Shown piece by piece: positions 1 to 12,400 of a stretch of DNA of 64,000 nucleotides. Position numbers and translations under genes: made by a program. Each line of letters opens with the position of its first letter. Within the stretch, counting starts at the first letter, position 1. The notes beneath the pieces were generated by a model. It was not told where the DNA came from. It saw only the letters and a list, made by a program, of their open reading frames with translations, and did no database searches. Source of the stretch: Basidiobolus meristosporus CBS 931.73 (lineage: Eukaryota; Fungi; Basidiobolomycota); contig MCFE01000002.1 in NCBI GenBank assembly GCA_002104905.1, positions 186,001-250,000 on the forward strand, written 5' to 3'.

Positions 1-64
1 CTTCTGTTGACCTCTTGGCTATTTGCCCACCCTTCATTATTGAACTCAGTGGCTTCACAGATCT

Positions 65-2450
65 TCAATGTCTTTTGATTTTTAGGCTTTGGTATAAACA
101 CCACATTGTGTCCCTCCCATGCAGTGATAGGTTCTTCTGTGGGCTTATATTTTGGCACTGTTGTTGTGCTTCAAAGACCGTACTGAGTTCCTCTGCTGCT
201 ACATTGGGCAGTGGCTCAATTCTTGGCTGTGACATTGAGCTATTTGAGTTCCTTCCTTGCAGCAAAGGTACTGCTTTCTCTACCTGGGATACTGATTGCT
301 CTACATGTATTATCTGCTCATCCTGTTTCTGGACTATTTCCTGATTTCTCTGGCACATTGCATCTATCCTATCAGCCACTGCACCTAATTGCTTCATTGA
401 TGCTTTGGTATGAGCTGACAACATACTTGCTAATATAGGTGGTGGTGATATTATGACAGACACTTGCTGGTCTTCAACTGAGCATACTGAGTTTGCTGCA
501 TTCTCATCTGCCTGGCATAACAGTCAGCTTGTGGCTCTACAGAGGTTCTCAATTGCCTACTTGACTGAGAGCCTGAGGAGTCTGCATTATTACATTCAGT
601 GGTAAACTGTCAACATGTCCTTTTTTGGATGTAGCCCTGCTTGTTGCACTGAATGTCAAAGCAAGCTGTTGTTAAACCATTCTTCTGTTGCCATCCGTGG
701 TGGGGTTTGGTTGAGAACCAGACAACTTTGCTCTATTTTCTGGCAGCATGTATATGGAAGTAAGTCCACCAAAGGGGAAATAGTGTAATACATATGTGTG
801 TATGTGGTGCCACAACTTTATTTATAATGCTTACTATGGCAGGTCATCATTGAATCTTATATTCATGAGGTGCAATGCCTCAAATACAAGACTGTCTTAA
901 GTTCACATGAGTATGGACCAAAAAGTGATATAATAGTATTATGTTGTTGAAGGCCAAACTGTTTGCCCTATGGACAAGACTACTTTGATGCAATGCTGCA
1001 AGAGAAGAGAAAAAAGACCATGTGACTATTGTAGCAAGCTGCTCAACCATGAAGCATGCAGACAGCATAGGAAGTATTACAAGCATCATGGCCAGTGTTT
1101 TGCCACACAAGTCATATTTGACCATTCATAGGTCACTACTATAACAACATTATCTTGCCATCCAGTTGATACTTCTATATTGGCACCTGGCTGTCTTTGT
1201 CACCTTGCATAAACAAGACTTGTTCCATCATACCATGCCAGGGTGCACGGAGCAATCTGTGGCCTCTAAGAACAATTGGGTGCAATATTATAGCTACCAG
1301 TAAGCAGGATTGCTCTTGGACAATTTTGCACCATGTGGGATGATCTTGCACACTATGGCACGATCTGACACAATGAGGTTGGCATGGATGATTGTGCCAG
1401 CTTGTGATGTTTGCATCATGTGCGCAATTGAATACTGCTATTATGGTAGGTAAAATCTGGTATTTGGATGTGTTTCTTTGATGTGTATGGAAATAAATGC
1501 ATATCACACTATAAGCTACAGAGATACTTACCATTTGGTTACCACCACTCCAATTGGATGGTATCTCAGCGGTTAATCAGTCCAAAAGTATCCTGAAGCT
1601 GTCAGCCCCCAATTGGCTCTTTAACCAATACACAAGCTACCTGCTTTGTCATCAAATATCCCATTTTGCCCATTGAGCAAGTAAATCCATGATGCTAGTG
1701 ATTGGACAAGATGTCATAGCTAGCAAGCAACAATTGAACAGGTGCAAAATAGATCAAATGTCTGCACTAGTGTAATAGATGGTGTATATGTACGCAGGGT
1801 GTTTGTTTATAGAGGTTCTGTCTGAAATGTGAGACAATCTTGATCCAGCTTATATCAAAAACTTGGTGATCCCTGATTTGTGGTGGCTCAAGTTGGATTG
1901 CAAAAAAAATGTATTGTTTGGATCATGACAAACAATAGCAATTCAGAGCAATTGCATCATCTTCTCCTAGGTTTTCTCTCACAGGGATTACTACTGAATC
2001 ATTTGGCAGTGATTTACTTTGCACACCTAAACTATTTCCTTGTTGACTATCCTTTTGGCTACTTGTGTACTTGTAGTCAGTATTTTGCCTCCTAGTTGAT
2101 GAGTGCAATGCTGCAGCTTGGCCACGCTTAATTGCTGTGTATGATGCTACTGAACCAGCCTGCAGTGCTATGTGCTGATGCATTCTTATACTTGCCAGAG
2201 GCTCTGGTGGTGCTGGCACTTCATGTGGGTCATCAGCAGTCAGTTCACCAAAAGAAACTAGCTGATGGTCAGGTGTAATGGCACACCCAGCACAATTTGA
2301 TGCGCTCGCATGGCCCTTGGCTGAGTTCAATGTGATGCTGCTTGTTGATGCAACTTGGCCCACTCCAATGGACTTGTGTCTAAATGAGCAGTTTGGCAAG
2401 CTCTGGTGGTTTTGCTCTGAAGCATGCATGTTGACCCAATACATGTTGAC
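65..2450 (-). other. Degenerate, CpG-poor coding remnant, probably a decayed transposable element of unidentified family
   Basis: Broken minus-strand ORFs (65-463 with a Q/E-rich coiled-coil-like stretch; 880-1125; 1175-1534; 1923-2444); same CpG-poor composition as the adjacent TEs; no introns or recognisable catalytic motif. Confidence 0.3.
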
Positions 2451-3482
2451 TCAATGTGGGGCACTCTTGTGAGGGGTATTGGCGTAGGTTGGACTGATGT
2501 GTGCCGGTGTGCTGAAGTTGCAAAGGATGGTAAGGAATCCAGCAAAGAGTGCTGGCGCAATCTAGACACTGTTGCTTGAGGTCTGTATTCTTCCTCTTGA
2601 AGCTCACCTTCTGATTCCTCAAGGTATTCACTTACCCTCTGTGTGATACTTTGGAACTGTTGTCTGGATGAGTCCTATGTATTTTGCTCTTGGAAGCCAC
2701 CCATCACTACTAATATATCACGTAATACATTAGTCATTTAAGGCAAAAACTCATTCCAAATCTATTTGGTTCTCAGTGATGAGGCACAAACAGACATGTC
2801 TGGCCTGTACTGTGCAAATTGCACGCAAAATTGTTCCCATGCAGCTCCCTCATCAAATCCCCTCACTCTCAGCTCATTCTTAATTTCAATACCTGTCTTG
2901 TTATATATCTTCTCACATACATCCACTGGCATCTTAATGTAGAACTTGTGCTACAGCTTTCTACTCAGGTTCTTCCATCTCTGTTAACTCTCTGAGGTAT
3001 TTAGTTCTTCTAGGTCAATGAGTAGTGCCCAAATATCTGTATGAAGGCTCATCATAGACACTTGGGCCATGCTAAAATCATTTGGCAGGAACTCAAACAG
3101 ATCCAACATTGACTTCCCTGATCTGGACCATGCTTTTGAGCTGGGGATGGGTTTTGTCTGGGTTGTACTAAAGATGAGTTGAGACTTGGTATAGGGACCA
3201 TAGTGATAGATTTGGATACTAGTATAGTATTGTATTGGCATCAACCTGGTCTTATATGAAATATATATGAAAACTAATGTGATTGTTGAGTTTTCCATAA
3301 ATTATGCTTGATGCATCTAGGATTGCATTGACATGGATTGGATCCCATCAATTGTAGATTTCCTATTTGATTACAGACTTGGGAGTAAAGCATCAGTAAA
3401 AATACTAAGTTGTTGTTTGAGGATGATTTTTGTGACATAATGATGGGATACATGTCAATTGATGGAGATTTAATCATGATGC

Positions 3483-4445
3483 ATGGAAAATCAGATAAAT
3501 ATAGTAGATTGCACCAAATTGAATCAATACGCCTCAGCCCAATCACCTACCAACTTTAATATGACTTACTCATCTGAATGGTCTTTTCTCATCAATCCCA
3601 TCACTACCACTGAATTTCCCATTGACACACTAAAGGAGATCTATACCAAGTACTATGGACCATCTACCCCAATCTACTCAAGGAGATCCCTTGTTAAGCT
3701 TCTCTGCTATTACAAGATATATTGCCCCACAAGGTTTCATCCCACCATCCATGGCAACAAAAGTCCTAAAAGCTTTCATTCGCAGCTGACAGCAATGGAG
3801 AACCACCTTGCAGAGGGTATGAATGACTTAGAGCAAGCTTGGAATACTTGGTTCAGAAGCTCCAATAAACTTCCATATCCCAGAGTGTTCAGCAACAGGT
3901 TTCATATAAGGAGTATCTTGGATACCCTCCCAGTCAGGATCAACAGACCTTCTAGAGGACAGAGGCACTTTTATTCTGTCAAGTACAAGGCACACTGTGT
4001 GAAGTTTCAAGTACTGTCTGACATTGAGGGTAACATCATCTGGTTTAGTGGACTATTTGCTGGGAGTAGGCATGACAAAGTACTCTGGGTAGAGAATCAT
4101 CCAGAATTCAGTAGAGGGGAGAAATTTATGGCAGTCTTAGCTTACATAGGAGAGGGTTATTGCAGATTAGGATGTATTACAGCATATAGGAAGCCAATAA
4201 ATGGTGTGCTTAGCAGGAAGCCGAAGCTCTAAAATGAGATATTTAATCATTTCAGAGTCAGGGTAGAGCATACATTTGGATATCTGAAGAGATTCCCCAT
4301 ATTGGCTGGTAAATACAGAGGAAAGTCACATACAGGAGAAAACAGCACAATAGGTAAAATAGTTAAAATACTTATTAATGCACAGTATATTCATACAAGA
4401 AGACATCCACTGAGAGAAATATGTCTGGAGCACTATGAAGAGTAA
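3483..4445 (+). pseudogene. DDE_Tnp_4 family (PIF/Harbinger/ISL2EU-like) transposase, disrupted
   Basis: Motifs ILDTLPVRINRP, HFYSVKYKAHCVKFQV, GSRHD, AVLAYIG (catalytic D apparently mutated to V). Past the TAA at 4230-4232 the same frame continues RVRVEHTFGYLKRF to TAA 4443-4445. Confidence 0.8.
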
Positions 4446-4519
4446 ATAAAGCAAGGAAAGCACTATTCTGAGAAACATAAGTAAGATTAAATAAAATTAC
4501 CAGTAACTATATCCTATTA

Positions 4520-4611
4520 CTGGCATTATAGTAGAAGTTATAGTGCCAGATGGTGCTGTAGAGTGCCAGATCAATCCAGCACTATACACAGGCTGGCACT
4601 ATGTGGCACTA
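4520..4611. repeat. Array of ~6 copies of a 9-bp motif (CTGGCACTA / TAGTGCCAG) in both orientations; candidate subterminal repeats of a DNA transposon
   Basis: ctggcatta 4520, tagtgccag 4541, gagtgccag 4561, ccagcacta 4576, ctggcacta 4593, gtggcacta 4603; lies immediately upstream of the CACTA transposase. Confidence 0.55.
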
Positions 4612-4649
4612 TCCAATGGAACAAGTCTACTGAGTCAGGGGAGTTTGTG

Positions 4650-6045
4650 ATGCCTTTGGGCTCTCCTCAGCCTCCTGAATATGGCATGCAGAGTGATAGC
4701 TCTGACAAAGAAGGTTCACCAATTGATTATGAGCCTATCTCCCCTAACAACAGTACCATGTATGAGCCCAGTCAAATCCCATATGCAATAAGAAAACACC
4801 CATTGAAACAAATGCCAATGATACTTTATGGAGCAAAGTGAGCCCAGAAATTCATCTACTGGTGAGTGATGTAATGTTATGGCTAGAGAAGTGGTGCGTT
4901 TCCACTAATATCAGTAATAGGGCTTTGAGGATTTATAACTACTTCTTGCCAAAATCATTGGGGATGCAACTTACCATTTACATGGTACAAGTGGACAACC
5001 CTCATGCAGCTGGTAACATATGATCCAGAGACTGTCCTGATTCCAGCATGTGTTAACAGTTGCATGGCATTTGCATCTAAAAATGCTACCATTGCAACAT
5101 GTCCAAATTGTCAGCAATCCACCGCCATTGAGGGAAAGTATTGTTCACACTCCAGATATATTCCGGTAATACCCCATCTGAGGAAGCTGATGCAGTCCAA
5201 CAAATATTGCAAAGCTATAGAGTATGGCACTCAGTATTAGTCAAGCGCAAACATATATGATATATTTGATGGCAAATATTACAAACAGCTAAGAAGCAAG
5301 GGCTACTTTGAAGGTATGTATGACCATGGGTTTGCCTTATCACTTGATGGACTCTCATTAAACAAGTACTCTACCAGCAAATCCTGCTGGCCACTGATTC
5401 TCATCAATCTGATTCTGCCACCCATCTTATGGTTTTAGAGCAATAATCTGATTGTAGTCTCACTGGTATCTGGGCCTAAATCACCATCCAACATGTATAA
5501 CTACAGGTATCCATTGCTGGATGAATTTTGTATGCTTTCCAGCAGGATAACAGTCAATGGTTGTCATGTAAAGGCACATATTTTATCTGCATTGGTGATG
5601 TCCTAGCCATAAGCAAGAGAGCAGGTTTATCCAGGCACAATGGACAGTATTGCTGTCAAATGTGTGAGATCCAGGTGATTTACTCCACAACTCACACGCA
5701 TTATTTTTGCCAAAACACCAGCATTAAGAACATCATCTTTCCACAGAGAGAACATACAGAAGTCAGCATGCAATTGCAGCAAAGTTGGCAAGCTATAAGC
5801 CATTGGCTAGAATATGGAATTAATTGGAAACCAGAGATACTTAAGATAGAGGGTATCTGTTGGAGTAAAGCTTTCCACTGGGAGTAATGCATTTTCTTTT
5901 CAGCAATATCCCCATACTAATGAACAAGTTGTACATGAGGTATTTGAAGCTAAATGAGCCCTTTCAGATACCAGAGAAATTTGAAAGAATTGGCAAGATA
6001 TTACAGAGTATCCACTACCCTAATTACTACTCATGGGCTGCAATC
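4650..6045 (+). pseudogene. CACTA/EnSpm (Transposase_21-like) transposase, 5' part, degenerate
   Basis: ACVNSCMAF...CPNC, then across stops YDIFDGKYY, FALSLDG, CWPLILINLILPP, GPKSPSN...PLLDE, GDVLAISKRAGLSRHNGQYCCQMC; ends at the CAATC target site of the copia insertion. Confidence 0.8.
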
Positions 6046-6394
6046 TGTTGTAAAAATTTGTAATTCCACCTAAATATTCACCTAACTTAGTCACTTAGAT
6101 CATAACCCTCAAATCCTAGAGAATACTGACCAAATTCCTTGTTGGGATTTACTTAGATTATTTTCACCAAAATACCAGGTACCCAGAACATAAAAATTCT
6201 CAAAGTTGCCCAAACAGCCCCAAACTTTGCACACATGTTCTTGGGACCTTTCTTAGCCTATTCTATGTGGTTGCAATGCCAAGACCAGGTAAAAGTATAA
6301 ATACTACTTTTACATTAAATTAATCATTAAGTGAAAACCACATAATCTACTTGTTCTCCAAATCATTTCCAATATCTCCAAGACTCTTACAACA
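6046..6394 (+). repeat. copia-1 5' LTR (349 bp)
   Basis: TGTTG...CAACA terminal inverted repeat; about 18 mismatches to 17161-17509 by manual alignment, mostly transitions. Confidence 0.95.
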
Positions 6395-6406
6395 GGTTAT
6401 GAGCCC
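6395..6406 (+). promoter_or_regulatory. Primer-binding site complementary to the anticodon arm of initiator tRNA-Met (half-tRNA priming)
   Basis: GGTTATGAGCCC directly after the LTR is the reverse complement of GGGCUCAUAACC in fungal tRNAiMet; the same site recurs inverted at 22414-22425. Confidence 0.9.
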
Positions 6407-8126
6407 CAAGCTGTCACTCTCTGCAATATCTACTACTGCTATTACTGGAATTTTTCCCTATGCTGAAAAGTTGGATGGCTCTAACTACCAAGTGTGGAAG
6501 GTGAAGATGAAGATGCTGCTACAAAAAAGAGGCCTTTAGGATATTGTCATGGGAGAAGAATGCCCTCCTAAAAACGTGGGAGAGGAAGCCTTGAAGTACC
6601 AGAAGAAAGAACAAAGTGCCTTTAACTGCATTTGCCTTAATGTTAAAGACAAATTGCTAATTCAATGCTCAAGAGCAAAAACGGCAAAGAATGCCTGGAA
6701 GGCATTAGAAGACACCTACCAGTCATGTTCAGCTGCCAAGAAAATGTATCTGAGACAAAAATTCTTGACTACAAAGATGCTGCCAGGAGAAGAAATGAAA
6801 AATCTATTTAGCAGAATTACCCTGCTGGTAGTTGAGATGGAATCTGTGGGCGTACCAACTACTGATGAGGATGTGATAGTTACCATCCTGAATAGCCTGA
6901 CAGACAAGTTTCAGGGCCTTGTATCAGCCCTAGAGTCCAGAATTGAAGATTTGACCTTAAATTACGTATATGGAAGGCTCCTGGATGAAGAATGAAGAAA
7001 ATCAAGCGCCAATAAGAAGTAAGAAGAAAATGCTTTAATAAGCAATGATAACCAACAAAGGAGGTACCAAAGACCCTACAAAGGCAACAGCAACCTATTT
7101 TGCAACTACTGCAAAAGGAAAGGACACACATCAGACTGGTGTCTCAAAAAGAAAGATAATCAGCAAAAGAAGCCTGAATATGGAAATGCTACAACAACTT
7201 AAGATAAACTATTCATATATTCACTAAATATGACCACAAACAAGGATTCTCAGTCGTGGTGTATTGGCTCTGGAGCATCTCAACACTTTACACACCAAAA
7301 AGAACTTTTTACTCAATATCAAGAAATTCCAATTAAGAAGGTTTTCATGGGTGATGATAGAACACTTGATGCAGTGGGAGAAGGAACTATCCAAGTAAAC
7401 CTAAGAAGCAGTGAAGGAAGCCATACACTGACCTTTAAAGAAGTACTCTATGTACCAGAAATAGCCAAGAACCTACTCTCTGTAAGCAAGGTCACAGCAG
7501 AAGGACTAAGTTTCAGTTTTGACAATTTTGGATGCAGGATCACTGATCAAAATGGTGCTCATATTGCTTTGGGCATCAGAGATCAGAATCTATACAAGTT
7601 GACTTATATTCCATCATATTTGGAAGCCAATATAAGTAACTTAAATGAAGAAACACCAATGCTTTGGCACAGGAGATTTGGGCACATCAATTTTGATTAT
7701 TTGCGCAAAATGATCAAAGATCAGCTAATTTCTGGAGTAAAAATTGATCACCCAACTAATTTGAAGCACTGTGAAGCCTGCATATATGGGAAACAAGCCA
7801 GACAACTGTTCAAGAGCTCTGGGTTAATCAAAATTAAGCAAAAATTAGATCTATTCACTCAGATCTGTGTGGACCTATGCAAAATTTATCCTTAGGCGGG
7901 ATGAAGTATTTAATCACTTTTATTGATGATTATACAAGATACACATGGGTCTACTTCATGAAGAGAAAGGAAGAAGCTCTGTCTAAGTTCAGGGAGCTTA
8001 AAGCCATGGCGGAGAGAGAAACTGGTGAAAAAATCAAGAACATACGCTCTGACAGTGGTGAAGAATATACCTTAAAGCTCTTCATCCACTTCTGCAAAAT
8101 TCATGGGATAAGGCAAGAGACTACTG
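6399..8126 (+). pseudogene. copia-1 gag-pol, 5' part (gag, Zn knuckle, protease, GAG-pre-integrase, integrase N-half)
   Basis: LDGSNYQVWKVKMKMLL, AKNAWKALEDTY, CNYCKRKGHTSDWC, WCIGSGASQH (D>G), LWHRRFGH, CEACIYGKQ, FIDDYTR, RSDSGEEY; stops and frameshifts present. Confidence 0.93.
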
Positions 8127-8514
8127 TGTGAGTACTCAATGTAGTACCCACTCTTTGCCCAAGAGTTCTCCCAAGAGTTCCCTCCAGAGTCCTACCCAAA
8201 GTCCTCCAGTACCCTCCCTATGATTCCCCCACGCGTCCTCCCCTCCTATCCCTGCCCTTATCTAGTTAGAACACTTACCATAACAGGAAGGTGCTCACAC
8301 CCCTATTTTATAACACATTGTCTATTGTCTAAGCCCCCCCCAAGTGATATATATATCTACCCAATTGAACCAGGAAGAACAACAAGATTTGGACGAAATA
8401 AACAGAAGTCTTTATTACCTTGCTACCTTCTATTGGAAGCTATTCTGAACCAAGTGGTACTGACTTGACCTACAAGCTCTCCCACTCACCAAGTACAGTC
8501 AGTAATAACCCACA
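8127..8514 (+). repeat. gypsy 5' LTR (388 bp)
   Basis: TGTG...CACA ends; internal TATATATAT and AATAAA; near-identical copy 6387 bp downstream. Confidence 0.97.
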
Positions 8515-8518
8515 TATT

Positions 8519-8530
8519 TGGTGCCGTCTC
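8519..8530 (+). promoter_or_regulatory. gypsy PBS, probably tRNA-His
   Basis: TGGTGCCGTCTC, 4 nt after the LTR; resembles the complement of a tRNA-His 3' end (yeast tRNA-His would give TGGTGCCATCTC). Confidence 0.6.
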
Positions 8531-8555
8531 TGCGGAAATAAGCACAAGTGAGGTA

Positions 8556-9428
8556 ATGACTACTACAATCAAACTAAAAACATACAAGGGAAAGAGAGAG
8601 AAAGCCCTTGAGTGGTTTGATAAGTTTGAGAGAGTTGCGGTTGATGCAGGATGGGACAATGATAAGAAAGTAAGAGAGTTTGCAAGACATATGGAAGGGT
8701 CAGCATGGTGATGGCATTATGGGTTGGAAGACGCAGTCAAAGACGACTGGGATGCACTAGAAGAAGCCTACAAGACACGCTTTCTATATGCCAAAGGATA
8801 CCACTACAAAGCCCTTCTACTGTCCTTGCAGAAGAAAAGCAGTGAAAGCTATGAAGCCTACACTGAACTGTTTCTCCAACAAGTTCGATGTCTCCCGAAG
8901 GACAAAATTGCCAAACAACAGCTCATGAGGTATTACATCATGGGCTTAGATGACAAAATAAGACGTAGGGCATCCAAAGTACAACAGGGATGTAAAACGT
9001 TGCAAGAGTTGGTCGAACAAGTACAAGGGGTCATCTTGCTATGGGGGCTACCCTATAGTGATACAAATGATCGAAGGACAGGGATCCCCCGTAAGAAAGG
9101 AAAAATTGCCTCCCCAAAAGACCGTGAGTTAGAGGAATTACGGCGAAAGGTCCAAGAACTCTTGATCAACAATGTCCAAGAAGTCCGCAAAGAAGGTGAT
9201 AAACTCTGGGAAGCTGTCGTAGATCTAAAGGCCCAGGTTCAAGTCCTGACCCAACAGATGGAACGACCGCAACGACAGTATCCGTGTTATGTGTGTGGAG
9301 AAGTAGGTCACCGGGCCCATGAATGTGAAAAACGGTACGGAAGAGAAGCCGTACCGGACACAAAAGAGAAGAAGGCATCAAAAGACAGAGTCCCTTGCCA
9401 GGAGTCCAATGGGACTCAGTCAATCTAA
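8556..9428 (+). pseudogene. gypsy gag with CCHC zinc knuckle (one in-frame TGA)
   Basis: ATG 8556 MTTTIKLKTYKG...EWFDKFERVAVDAGWD; TGA at 8709-8711; CYVCGEVGHRAHEC. Confidence 0.9.
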
Positions 9429-12400
9429 GCCCTCCGGTCAGGACAATTGAAGTGCGGAAGAAGAAGCGTCGACATGATGCTTCTAGAGAGGAGGCAAAGG
9501 AACCTGTAGTAGAGGTTCCGTCAAAAGGAAAGAGCGCGGAATTAGGTGAAGAAGTACGGAATGAACCTTGGGAAGAAGTGTTAAAGCAAACGAAGAACGC
9601 TAGCACGTCTTCCCATGGCCTATTCCCCATAATGAAGGTACTAGAGCAAACCAAGGCAACCCTCCCAATAACCAATTTACTGGGACTGGCCCCGGCTCTA
9701 GTCAAGGAACTGATAGAGGGATTGAAGGAGATAACGACCCTCCATGTCAACCAGACGGTCCTGCAAAAACCAAATAAAGGTACATACGTAAAGGTACGTA
9801 TAGAGAATAAGGAGATTCTTGCCCTTATCGACACAGGATCCTCTACATTGATCATGTCAGAGTCATTAGTGAAACGTCTAAAACTAAATATAGTCCCCAA
9901 TGACACCATTCAAGTATGGCTAGCAAATGACTAACTGGATACAACGGTAGGTGTGGTGCCTAATTGCCCCATTTGGCTAGGCAACTTGATAATATGCCAA
10001 GATGTCGTTGTCCTACCCGTTGCAGCCAACAACTTACTCATTGGCGAGAGTTGGTTTATCCAACATAAGATGGATATACTTTACAGTGCATCTGAACTCA
10101 GGTGGGATACCAAGAGTATCCCACTGATTCATATCACCAATGAGAGCAAGGCGCATAGCAACAGTGTGACGATTGAAGAGGTGAAACCGTTGCAGTCTCC
10201 AATCATCACACAAAAGGTGATAAAAATACCACCTGCCAGTGAGACGGTGATCTCATTAGAAACACCAATAGCTTATTCAACAAGCGGAAGAATGATAACC
10301 GCAGCAAAAGCATCCAAGCAACTGGAAGGAATCTTGATCCCTAAAGTATGGATACCACCAAAATTTGAAACGCAAAGCCTGAAATGCTTAGTGGTTAACA
10401 ACGGGCAACACACGGTGACATTGCCTAGAGGAGTGCCATTGTTAAACTTAGAGGAAGTCGATGGAAACAACCAAGGACCACCTCCAAACGAAGAACCAGA
10501 AGAAGAACTCCCCAAACTAGATGTGGAACCGGTCTACCGCCTACGTTACAAGACAAATTCCTAGAAGGAATACGTCCGCTGGCCCAAGTATTCTCTAAGA
10601 ACCAAGTAATTGGTCATATACCTGGGGTATATCACCAAATCCACCTTGCCAACAAATACCCCATCAAGCAAAAAGCCTATAGGAATTCGAAAATTGACAC
10701 AGACTGTATCAAAGAGACGATTGAAACTTTATTAAAAGACAACATCATTACAGAGAGCCAGTCTCTGTGGGCCTCCCCCGTAGTGATAGTCCCAAAGAAA
10801 GACGGAAAGCGACGCTTTTGCATTGACTACCGGAAATTGAACGCTGTCACCCGGAAGGACATGTATCCGCTACCGCAAATAGATGACCTCTTGGACAGAT
10901 TAATCGGAGCTAAATATTTTAGCTCTCTTGACTTAATCTCCGGGTATTGGCAAGTAGAAGTAGCCCCGGAAGATCAACCCAAAACCGCTTTTATAACATT
11001 GTTTGGATTATACAAATGGAACCGACTACCCTTTGGCTTGTGCAATGCCCCCGCTACGTTCCAAAGGATGATTGACAAGGTGCTAGGAAATCTACAATGG
11101 GAATGCGCCCTTGTGTATCTGGACGACATCACAATATATTCCCCCAATGTAGAAGAACATATACATGACGTGCAATGTATCCTGACATCCCTCCTCAAGA
11201 ACCAACTCAAACTACATCCCAAGAAGTGCCATTTCCTGTATACAAAATTGTTGTTCCTGGGCCACGAGATCTTGGCAGATGGAATATACCCATCTACGTC
11301 ACTCCTGAAAGCCGTTCAAAATGCACCTGCACCAAAGGACATTAATGCAGTGTTGGGATTCCTAGGATTAGCCGGCTACTATTGCCGCTTTGTAAAAAAC
11401 TTTGCAGCAATAGCAGCCCCCCTATACAAATTGACGCAAAAGGGCCAGTGTTTTGTATGGTTGGAGCCTCAAAAGAGAGCATTTGATCAGCTGAAACATT
11501 CCCTGATGTCACCGCCAGTGTTACAATTTCCCAATTGGGATGCGAGATTTTTTATTAACTGTGATGGAAGCCTCACCGGTATAGGCGCCGTACTGGGACA
11601 ATACCACCAACCCGGCAAATTCCACCCAATTGGTTACGTGAGCCGTTCGCTAAACAAACACAAACGCCACTACCCCGTTACCAAGATAGAATGTCTGGCT
11701 GTTGTTTATTCAATTAAACAATTCCATACATACATACATGGTTGCCAATTCACGATAGTAACGGACCACAGCGCACTGGTCTGGCTGATGAAAACTAAAG
11801 ACTTTACCGGCCAACTAGCACGTTGGGCCCTACAACTACAGCAATACAACTTTGAAATAATTCACCGCGCTGGCAAGAAACACCAGGACGCAGACTTCCT
11901 CAGTCGCTACCCCGTTTGCCAAATACGTGTCATTGATGAGTACAAGGACGTAATCTGCTTTAAAAAGAAAGGAAGGTATCCCAAACACGTCGTTACAAAC
12001 AAACAGAAGAGAGAATTTTGAAGGAAATGGTGTCAGTACAAAGTACAAGAAAATCGACTATGGTTCCTCCAAGGACAGTCCAGAGCCAAGGTACCCCCAC
12101 TAGCAGCCCGTGAAGAAATCATACAAGAAAGACATATGTCATTAGGACACGCTAACCCCCTAACGACATATAAGATGTTAAGAAAAACGTTTTATTGGCA
12201 AAAAATGATGACCGACGTTACAAATACATTACAAAGATGCACCACTTGCAAAAGATTCAACCGGAGTCAGAAGATAGGGACAACCGCACCAATACCGGTT
12301 GACCTTCCCTTCCACCAAGTAGGGATTGACTTTGTTGGCCCCTTTATGAAAATAAAGAAAGGAGAACAATACATAATAATTGCTACCAATTATTTCTCAA

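Noticed and set aside
880-2450. Assignment to Crypton, DIRS or LINE
   Set aside because: Only vague motif echoes across frames; no intact catalytic signature.
8220-8468. Identical 82-aa ORF here and at 14607-14855
   Set aside because: Both lie wholly inside the duplicated gypsy LTR; the identity reflects LTR identity, and the protein has no recognisable features.
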